A stretch of DNA of 33,498 nucleotides, taken from contig JAZDLX010000206.1 of NCBI GenBank assembly GCA_043801585.1, positions 1 through 33,498 of the forward strand, in the 5' to 3' direction. Source of the stretch: a bacterium. GTDB lineage: Bacteria > Electryoneota > Electryoneia > Electryoneales > Electryoneaceae. The translations under genes were made by a program, and so were the position numbers. Positions within the stretch are counted from its first letter, which is position 1, and each line of letters begins with the position of its first letter. The notes beneath the pieces were generated by a model. It had not been told where the DNA came from, did no database searches, and saw nothing but the letters and a program-made list of their open reading frames with translations. This document shows, piece after piece, positions 26,053 through 33,498 of this stretch.

Positions 26053-27207
26053 TTAACCGACTTTGCTGTCCTTGTAGAGATCACGAGCAATGACAATGCG
26101 TTGAATTTCGTTTGTGCCTTCGTAAATCTCGGTGATCTTTGCGTCACGAAGCATCCGCTCCACCGGATAGTCCTTTGTGTAACCGTACCCGCCATGAATT
26201 TGCACCGCTTCCAGGGCACAGTAGGTGGCGGTTTCCGAACAATACACCTTGGCCATTGCGGATTCCGAACTGAAATGAAGGCCCTGGTCTTTTTTCCACG
26301 CTGCCTGACGGAGAATCAGGCGAGCGGCGTGAATCCGTGTCGCCATGTCGGCCACCTTGTTGCGAATGGCCTGGAAGCTGGCGATCGGTTTGCCGAACTG
26401 TTCGCGTTCCTGGCTGTACTTCAGGGATGCCTCGAGTGCTCCCTGGGCAATGCCCACACCCTGGGCGGCGACTCCCAGCCGGCCGCTGTCGAGCGCGGTA
26501 AGCATCTGCTTAAAGCCGTCACCGTGGTTTCCGAGGAGATTGTCGTTGGGAATCCGTACATCTTCGAGGGTGATGCTGGTGGTGTCGGTGGCACGGATAC
26601 CCATCTTGTTCTCGTGCTTTCCGACAGTCACCCCTGTTGTCTCGCGGGGAATGACGAAGGTGCTGGTACTCTTCGATCCGGCATTCGGATCCGTCACACA
26701 AACGAGCACGTAGATGTCGGCCGTGCTGCCGTTCGTGATGAAATTCTTCGAACCGTTAATCACCCACTCGTTGCCGTCCTTCACTGCCCGGGTCTTCATC
26801 GCTCCGGCGTCGGAACCGCTGCCCGGTTCGGTCAGGCAGAATGCGCCAAGCCATTCGCCCATCGCCAGTTTTCGCAGAAAAATTTCCTTGATGTAATCGT
26901 TGCCGAATTTTTCCAGGGGATAGCAGACCAACGAGTTGTTGACGCTGCAAATGATCTCCGTGGAAGGGTCGACGCGGGCAATTTCTTCGAGTGCGGTGAC
27001 ATAGGAAACGGTATCGAACCCGGCGCCGCCCCACTCTTCACCGACAATCATGCCCATGAAACCCAGTTCTGAGAGTTTTTTAACCTGTTCGAGGGGGAAC
27101 TCGCTTTTTTCATCACGCTCGGCCACACCTGGGCGCAACTCCTTTTCGGCAAATTCTCGTGCTGTCTGGCGAACCATTTCCTGTTCTTCGGACAAACGGA
27201 AATCCAT
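26053..27207 (-). CDS. Acyl-CoA dehydrogenase (short/branched-chain, butyryl-CoA dehydrogenase-like)
   Basis: [61 protein letters not shown] before ATG 27207. Confidence 0.95.
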   Translation of the reverse strand: MDFRLSEEQEMVRQTAREFAEKELRPGVAERDEKSEFPLEQVKKLSELGFMGMIVGEEWGGAGFDTVSYVTALEEIARVDPSTEIICSVNNSLVCYPLEKFGNDYIKEIFLRKLAMGEWLGAFCLTEPGSGSDAGAMKTRAVKDGNEWVINGSKNFITNGSTADIYVLVCVTDPNAGSKSTSTFVIPRETTGVTVGKHENKMGIRATDTTSITLEDVRIPNDNLLGNHGDGFKQMLTALDSGRLGVAAQGVGIAQGALEASLKYSQEREQFGKPIASFQAIRNKVADMATRIHAARLILRQAAWKKDQGLHFSSESAMAKVYCSETATYCALEAVQIHGGYGYTKDYPVERMLRDAKITEIYEGTNEIQRIVIARDLYKDSKVG

Positions 27208-27516
27208 GGAGTCTCCCTGCTTGGCCCGCGGCGTCAAGGGATACCGTGCGGGCAGAGTTTTCGATTGTCAGAGGCCCATGCCAGCCCGGTTCAGGCGTAA
27301 CAAAGGGCGATGAAATGTACGGTTCCAGGTATTTTCCGGCAAATCGCAAGGAGCCGTCCGGGTACCCCTGAATCCTTAGCAAGGAATCTGTTTTCTGGGG
27401 AGTTATGGCCACGCCCTCCGCAGACTCACAGAGTAATTAGGAAATGCACAGGGGGAGGTGTCAATTCCCTCACCAGCACCAAATAACCTACATTTCAAAA
27501 TGGGGAGGGATACAGA

Positions 27517-30462
27517 ATGGGTCCATGCTTGCACGCGCCGCCGACTGATGCAAAAAAATATCAACGGGTAAAGCGAACAGGAATTACTTTATACGTCGCT
27601 GCAGTCCTCTATACGCTCGTTTTTCACTCCCTCTCTCTTGCCGAATCTTCACCCGAACACGAATACCGCTTCTTCCATCTTACAATCCGTGAGGGACTTT
27701 CCCAAAGCACCATTCGCGCAGTACTTCAGGACTCCCGTGGCTTTCTCTGGATCGGCACCCAGGGGGGGCTGGACCGCTATGATGGCTATGAATTCACGCG
27801 TTACCGTTATGACCCGGAAGATTCGACCTCCATCTCCGACAACTCGATTCGTGCCCTCGCGGAGGATGGAATGGGATATATCTGGGTGGGAACGAACGGT
27901 GGAGGCGTTAACAGGATGGAACCCGCAACCGGGAAATTCCGTACCTACCGCCGAGATCCTGACCACCCCGACAAATCCATCCAGAATGACTTCATCCTCT
28001 CCATCCACGTCGCTCCCGACAGCACCGTCTGGGTAGGTACCCGCAATGGACTTGCGCGGTATGACCGCGCGCAGGACGTTTTTCGCCCCGTGGCCTTTTC
28101 GTGGGAAGATCAGGCGAAAACCAGCGCAGGAATCCTGGTCTCAGGGATGTCCGAGGATGGAGCTGGAGGCTATTGGCTTGGAACCTACGCGGGACTCTAC
28201 CATTTCAACAGCCCGGATGACACTCTCTTGACATTTGTCCCGATGCCCACAGGCAGGTGGATACCCAACAGGGCCACGGTGCGCGGACTCTATCGTGATA
28301 GCGATGGAACCCTGTGGCTCGCCACGGAACAGGAGGGGCTTTTCCACTACAATTCCAAGGCAGGAAAGTGGACGGCTTACCATCATGACCCCAAAGATCC
28401 GGGAAGTCTTTCGAGCGACAGGGTGTGGGATATTCACCGTGACCGCAAGGGACGGCTCTGGGTTGCCACCAACGGCGGCCTCTCCGTTCAGGAGCCATCG
28501 AAAAAAGGGTTCACCGTTCTGCGCCACAAGGCGACGGATGCCGGGAGCCTTGGCTTCGACGAGGTGCATTGCATCACCGAAGACCGCGATGGCACGCTCT
28601 GGTTTGGAACCTTCGGGAACGGTCTGTCGGCTTACAACGACAACCGCTTTCCCTTCCTCAGCCTGCATGTCGATGGGAATTCTCCCGTATCCCTGACAAA
28701 CAACCACGTCATGGCAATTACATCGGATCGCCTGGGCGGGATCTGGGTGGGGACGGACGGCGGCGGTGTCAACCGTTTCGAGATCACGGCCAAAGGGCTT
28801 GCGAACCATTCAGCCCCCTGGAAGGTCCCGACTCCGCCTGGAGACCGGGTCTGGTCGCTACTGGCAGACAGCAGGGGCAGGATCTGGATGGGAACCTTCG
28901 GTGAAGGGCTTGCGCGATTCGATCCGGCATCGGGGCAAACGAAGATTTGGCGCAGGACTCGGACCGATACTTCCGGCATCAACAACTATGTCGCGGATAT
29001 CATGGAAGACCGGGATGGAACCATCTGGTTCGCGACTCTCGGAGATGAAATTGCCAGCTACAATGAAGCCACCGGAACGTTCCGCCATTATCGCCGGCGC
29101 TCCTCCGACCCCAACCTTCCCGTCAGCCCCACAGTACGTTGCATTTTTCAGGACGGAGCGGGGAGAATCTGGTACGGAAGCAATGACGGTCTCCACCTTC
29201 TTGATCCGGAGACGGGCGACGTAAAAACCTGGTCCAACATCCCCAGTGACCAATCCAGCCTCGCCCACAATGTCGTCCTTTGTATCTACGAAGATTCCAA
29301 GGGACGCCTCTGGGTTGGCACCCGCAGCGGTGGCTTGAACCTGATGGACCCCAAGACCGGAGTTTTTATCCATTACGGCCTCGCCCAGGGACTTCCCGAC
29401 GACATGGTCTATGGAATCCTCGAGGACGGCAGTGGAACGCTCTGGATCAGCACGAACAAGGGACTCTGCCGATTCAATCCGGAAACGGACTCCGTGGTGA
29501 ACTACACGGCGGAGGATGGACTTCAGGCAAACGAATTCAACCAGGGTGCGTTCTTCAAGGACAGCAATGGGGCCCTCTATTTCGGAGGAATCGGCGGCCT
29601 CACCTGGTTCAAACCGGACAGCATCCAGTCGGATGAACGCGTCCACCCCGTCGTGCTTACCAGGCTGATGGTGATGAATCGTTTGCTGCCGAACCAAAGG
29701 GAGGCATGGTCGCTGAACAACATCCGCCTCCCCTATGACCACAACGACCTGTCGCTCGAGTTTGCGGCGCTCAACTTTGTTAACCCCTACAGGAATCTCT
29801 ACAGGTACACGCTCGAGGGATACGATCGGTTCTGGAATGAATCCGGCCATCGACGGTACGCCGCGTACACGAACATTCCTCCGGGGAAGTACGTCTTCCG
29901 CGTGCGCAGCAATGAAATCTGGGGTGGTACCGCCGTTAGCGAGGCGTCCCTCAACGTGGAAATCGTGCCGCCCTTCTGGAGAACACCGCTCTTTTTCCTC
30001 GCTGTGTCGGTGCTCTTGATCGGGTCGATCAGCGCAGGCATTCAATGGAGGGTGCGGTCGATCAGGTTATTCAGCCGGCACCTTCAGAGTCAGGTCCAGG
30101 AGAGAACCGAGCTGCTTGCGCGAAGCAACCATGAGTTGGAAACCAAAACACGCGAACTCGAGAAAATGAACCAGGAGCAGGGGGACCTGCTGGAGGAACG
30201 GAAAAAGCTGATCGGTGAACTGCAGGAAGCGCTGAAAGAGGTGAAGACCCTGTCGGGGCTTGTTCCCATCTGCGCCTCCTGCAAGAAAGTGCGTGACGAC
30301 CAGGGCTACTGGAACCAGGTGGAAATCTGGATCGAAAAGCATTCCGAAGCCACCTTCACCCACGGCATCTGCCCGGAATGCAAGGAGAAGGCACTCAACG
30401 AGCTGCATGACAAGCTGGAACGCGAAAACGGCGAGGACGACCCTCCACCACAATCCTATTAA
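27517..30462 (+). CDS. Membrane sensor: two-component-regulator beta-propeller repeats + Y_Y_Y domain + TM + coiled coil + C-terminal Cys/His domain
   Basis: About 14 D..G.LW.GT..GL repeats, YRYTLEGYD..YTNIPPGKYVFRV, PPFWRT + TM, PICASCKKVRDD..HGICPEC; start codon uncertain. Confidence 0.9.
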   Translation: MGPCLHAPPTDAKKYQRVKRTGITLYVAAVLYTLVFHSLSLAESSPEHEYRFFHLTIREGLSQSTIRAVLQDSRGFLWIGTQGGLDRYDGYEFTRYRYDPEDSTSISDNSIRALAEDGMGYIWVGTNGGGVNRMEPATGKFRTYRRDPDHPDKSIQNDFILSIHVAPDSTVWVGTRNGLARYDRAQDVFRPVAFSWEDQAKTSAGILVSGMSEDGAGGYWLGTYAGLYHFNSPDDTLLTFVPMPTGRWIPNRATVRGLYRDSDGTLWLATEQEGLFHYNSKAGKWTAYHHDPKDPGSLSSDRVWDIHRDRKGRLWVATNGGLSVQEPSKKGFTVLRHKATDAGSLGFDEVHCITEDRDGTLWFGTFGNGLSAYNDNRFPFLSLHVDGNSPVSLTNNHVMAITSDRLGGIWVGTDGGGVNRFEITAKGLANHSAPWKVPTPPGDRVWSLLADSRGRIWMGTFGEGLARFDPASGQTKIWRRTRTDTSGINNYVADIMEDRDGTIWFATLGDEIASYNEATGTFRHYRRRSSDPNLPVSPTVRCIFQDGAGRIWYGSNDGLHLLDPETGDVKTWSNIPSDQSSLAHNVVLCIYEDSKGRLWVGTRSGGLNLMDPKTGVFIHYGLAQGLPDDMVYGILEDGSGTLWISTNKGLCRFNPETDSVVNYTAEDGLQANEFNQGAFFKDSNGALYFGGIGGLTWFKPDSIQSDERVHPVVLTRLMVMNRLLPNQREAWSLNNIRLPYDHNDLSLEFAALNFVNPYRNLYRYTLEGYDRFWNESGHRRYAAYTNIPPGKYVFRVRSNEIWGGTAVSEASLNVEIVPPFWRTPLFFLAVSVLLIGSISAGIQWRVRSIRLFSRHLQSQVQERTELLARSNHELETKTRELEKMNQEQGDLLEERKKLIGELQEALKEVKTLSGLVPICASCKKVRDDQGYWNQVEIWIEKHSEATFTHGICPECKEKALNELHDKLERENGEDDPPPQSY

Positions 30463-30486
30463 AGTTCTCGCCTCCCCGCCGCACAT

Positions 30487-30779
30487 CGGGGTAGTCATCC
30501 TGAACGAAGTGAAGCTCTTTCGAAGCGAGCAACTGTAAGATTGCTGGCTCTTGTTCTGCATGTAGCCCGGCATCACCGCATGCCGGGAGAGAACAGCCCG
30601 GGACATTTTTTCCCAGGCTGAGCTATTCAACGTGTGCACTATTCGCGGGGCACCTGTCGCCCGGCATCACCGCATGCCGGGGTAGTCATCCTGAACGAAG
30701 TGAAGCTCTTTCGAAGCGAGCAACCGAAAGATTGCTGGCTCTTGTTCTGCATGTAGCCCGGCATTACCGCATGCCGGGA
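30487..30779. repeat. 102-bp direct repeat x2 made of REP-like modules
   Basis: 30487-30588 vs 30678-30779 with 3 mismatches; hairpin GCCCGGCATYACCGCATGCCGGG at 30565, 30659 and 30756. Confidence 0.9.
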
Positions 30780-30786
30780 AAGGAGC

Positions 30787-31674
30787 TCAGAACACCCTCG
30801 GTTCCGGATTCTTCGGGTCTTTCGTATAGTCGTAGAACCCCATGCCCGTCTTGTTCCCGAGGTTGCCGGAGGCGACCATTTTCTTCAACAGCGGGCAGGG
30901 ACGGTACTTGCTGTCGCCGAGCCCCTCGTGCAGCACCTGCATGATCGCCAGGCAGGTGTCCAGCCCGATCAGGTCACCGAGACGCAACGGGCCCATCGGG
31001 TGCGCCATCCCGAGGGTCATCACACCGTCGATCTCCGCGACGCCGCCCACTCCCTCCATCAGGCAGTACACCGCTTCGTTGATCATCGGCATCAGCACAC
31101 GGTTGCTGACAAAACCGGGGTAGTCGTTGACCAGGATCGGCGTCTTGCCCATCGCCTTGGCCAGCTCGTCCACAACCGCGTAGGTGGCCTTGTCGGTCAG
31201 CAGGCCGTTGATCACCTCGACCAGTTTCATCATCGGCACCGGGTTCATGAAGTGCATCCCGATCACCTGCTCCGGCCGTTTCGTGTGCGCGGCGATCTCG
31301 GTGATGCTGATCGTGCTCGTGTTGCTGGCGAGGATCGTGGATTCCGGAGCGATGCCGTCCAGCTTTTCAAACAGCTCGAACTTGATCGGTTTGTTCTCGG
31401 TCGCTGCCTCGACGATGATCTCACGGTCCTTCAGTGCGTTCAGATCGGTGGTGAAAGCGATCTGCTTCACCGCCGCGTCCGCATCCTCCTGTGTGATCTT
31501 CTCCTTGGCGACCATCCGCCCGAGGTTCTTCTCGATCGTCGCTTTCGCTTTGTCGAGGAATTCCTGCTTGACGTCCACCGCGATCACATCGAGCCCGGTC
31601 TGTGCCGCCACCTGCGCGATCCCGTTCCCCATCGTCCCCACACCCACAACACCAAAGTGTTTAACGGCAGTCAT
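30787..31674 (-). CDS. hbd: 3-hydroxybutyryl-CoA dehydrogenase
   Basis: GVGTMGNGIA, EAATE, LASNTS, GMHFMNP, PGFVSNR, HPMGPL, DLIGLD. Confidence 0.95.
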   Translation of the reverse strand: MTAVKHFGVVGVGTMGNGIAQVAAQTGLDVIAVDVKQEFLDKAKATIEKNLGRMVAKEKITQEDADAAVKQIAFTTDLNALKDREIIVEAATENKPIKFELFEKLDGIAPESTILASNTSTISITEIAAHTKRPEQVIGMHFMNPVPMMKLVEVINGLLTDKATYAVVDELAKAMGKTPILVNDYPGFVSNRVLMPMINEAVYCLMEGVGGVAEIDGVMTLGMAHPMGPLRLGDLIGLDTCLAIMQVLHEGLGDSKYRPCPLLKKMVASGNLGNKTGMGFYDYTKDPKNPEPRVF

Positions 31675-31924
31675 GAGAATCTCCGCAATATGAGATAAGT
31701 TAACCTCGAAAACTTAATGCTTTGGATCAAGCCTTGAACATGGTTGTGCCCTTCGCTCGCTAGTGTAGCTCTCTTTACGATCAAGCGCAACCTTTGCTTC
31801 CAATGCTATGCTAAGTGATCTACTGACTACCATTGGGTGAACATAAAAAGAGAGGCTCAGCGAAACCCGGCGAGATCTGTCGATAATTTGGTCTATATAT
31901 TTCGATATACCTCGAGGAGGAACT

Positions 31925-32230
31925 ATGGCTGTTGATTACTACATTAAAAAAGTGTGCTATGGGGGTGGAACATCGATCAAAGAGGTAAATACGACCATAG
32001 CGCTTTCCGGGGATCCGGTGACAAAAAAGGATCGAGAGACCGTCGTTAAGGACATTGACAAGAACAGCAAAACTATTCACACTGCAACAAAGAATAAAAA
32101 TGGAGTGTGGGGGGACGGAGATAAGGTTGGTACAGTTACTGTGGATAAAGCCAAGTATCTCAGAACGGACGGCAACAGCATCGCCAAGGACAATTTAGGT
32201 GAATTGCCGACTTATACGGACTGCAAATAA
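31925..32230 (+). CDS. DUF3892-like small protein
   Basis: C-terminal YLRTDGN....DNLGELP signature; GAGGAGG RBS. Confidence 0.8.
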   Translation: MAVDYYIKKVCYGGGTSIKEVNTTIALSGDPVTKKDRETVVKDIDKNSKTIHTATKNKNGVWGDGDKVGTVTVDKAKYLRTDGNSIAKDNLGELPTYTDCK

Positions 32231-32505
32231 CGCATGTGAACCAGCCCGGTCAGTTTATTGAGGTTAGGAATAAGCCCTATTGGATTAACTAACGGGGTTT
32301 TGAATGATCTAATGCAGGTGCGACCTCCGCGCCCGACTTGAGCGTATGTCTCGGTGGCGGCTCTTGCGGACCTGTAACCCTAACCTCAGGGCATGGTTTC
32401 CACCTGCGCTATACCCCACAAAGAAGATCTGTACTTCTGTTGGTTAGTCCAGCGGAGCGTTATTCCTATATTGATCTATAATCCCTGAAAAGCAGAAATC
32501 CAACA

Positions 32506-32742
32506 GTGAGGACTAAGATGGTTATCGTGCTTACTCTCATGGGAATTGTCGCTCTGGTCTTAGGGGTGTTGATGATGATAGCCGCTTTATCTGGGGCAAC
32601 GGCTGAATCGCTCGAAGCAATAGTGTTATTGGTCGGAGGATGGATCCTTCTGGGGATGGGGACTATGATAGACATTCTCAAGATGAATCTTAAGATTCTT
32701 CGTCACCAGCAAGAGGGTGTATCAGCAAAGGATAACGTCTGA
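32506..32742 (+). CDS. Hypothetical two-TM membrane protein
   Basis: Two hydrophobic helices; terminator-like hairpin downstream; start could be ATG 32518. Confidence 0.55.
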   Translation: MRTKMVIVLTLMGIVALVLGVLMMIAALSGATAESLEAIVLLVGGWILLGMGTMIDILKMNLKILRHQQEGVSAKDNV

Positions 32743-32780
32743 TTTTTTCAACACTATCCTGAAAGGTTTGGGTTATGTGC

Positions 32781-32809
32781 CCCTGTTTGCTCGCCAAACA
32801 GGGTTTATT
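32781..32809 (+). terminator. Putative intrinsic terminator
   Basis: CCCTGTTTG-CTCGC-CAAACAGGG followed by TTTATT. Confidence 0.6.
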
Positions 32810-32927
32810 CTAATCTGTTCTGCGTTTATCGGAGGGTGGCTCTACCCTTCAGGGTATGACATAGACTGTAACGGTCTAGTCATATCGTCTGGTATTCATG
32901 TACTTCAACGAATCTCTATTGATCATT

Positions 32928-33353
32928 TTAACGATAGCCCATTGTCTCTGCTAAAGCCCTAAGATCTAGCGTCGCTTCAGAGTGGTCTTCTCCATTTCCA
33001 ATAAGAGTAAGATATGCAGCTGCCCATTCAGCATATGAAGGTTCAGGATAATTATCGGATGACTGTATGATTCTGTTGGTGTCGTTCATTATTGTCTTAA
33101 TGCTCAGCGTAATACCATGTATACTGCTCAGGCGATTCCGGGTATTAACAACCATATCTGCAATCGTGGTTTCTGTTTCAGCATATTTGTCTCCAAGTTC
33201 ATTTAATAGGTAACGGTAGGTAGTAACCCGATCATCACTATCTTTCAGAACATATCCGACATCAAGGGAAGCGAGTTTTGTAGCAGTACTCTGTGCAAGG
33301 ACGCTACTGCTCACACACAATAGGAGTACTGCGATTATCGTAGTGCGTACCAT
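32928..33353 (-). CDS. Hypothetical secreted protein
   Basis: GGGAGG RBS, Sec signal ending VLA-Q; no family recognised. Confidence 0.75.
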   Translation of the reverse strand: MVRTTIIAVLLLCVSSSVLAQSTATKLASLDVGYVLKDSDDRVTTYRYLLNELGDKYAETETTIADMVVNTRNRLSSIHGITLSIKTIMNDTNRIIQSSDNYPEPSYAEWAAAYLTLIGNGEDHSEATLDLRALAETMGYR

Positions 33354-33498
33354 AGTGCACCTCCCGACAAATAAGCCTCCTATTCGAATGATGGGTCGAT
33401 AGTTTTCAATGGATAAGCCTGTTAAAGCATATAGTACATTATTGGTTCTCGGTACACATCTCGGATAGAGATTAGCTAAACCCTGTTTCCTTTCTATA

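Noticed and set aside
30487..30779. Possible CRISPR array
   Set aside because: Only 2-3 units, the intervening sequence is itself duplicated and too long for spacers, and no cas genes are present
32360..32420. Minus strand begins GGGGTATAGCGCAGGTGG, like a tRNA 5' end
   Set aside because: No D-stem closure, no TTCG T-loop and no acceptor pairing at tRNA spacing
32227..32450. TAAC...GTTAG motifs suggesting integron attC sites
   Set aside because: They do not fit RYYYAAC/GTTRRRY with complementary L boxes, and no integrase is seen

Overview
Bacterial chromosomal window of about 60% GC by eye. Lipoboxes, a Tat signal and a possible outer-membrane barrel suggest a diderm; the taxon cannot be fixed from sequence. 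It holds about 30 CDS. Envelope and proteolysis genes: a partial GT4 glycosyltransferase, a Gfo/Idh/MocA oxidoreductase, a GT-B protein, a barrel-fused SppA, MoxR/DUF58, lepB, a secreted TPR-zinc peptidase, a Tat asparaginase-2 enzyme and a degenerate S41 peptidase. A five-gene thiol-redox/ECF sigma operon follows. Then purine turnover (cN-II nucleotidase, hpt), a sensor-less histidine kinase next to a GCS2-CBS fusion, nusB, ilvE, acyl-CoA and 3-hydroxybutyryl-CoA dehydrogenases, and a beta-propeller membrane sensor lacking a kinase. Mosaic REP-like palindromes lie between convergent genes, and an AT-richer accessory segment starts near 31.7 kb. No tRNA, rRNA, CRISPR array, transposase or integrase was recognised. 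The best candidates for undescribed biology are the redox operon with an anti-sigma lacking the HxxxCxxC motif, the propeller sensor ending in a small Cys/His domain, and several unusual protease architectures. All family calls come from motifs recognised by eye, not database searches.
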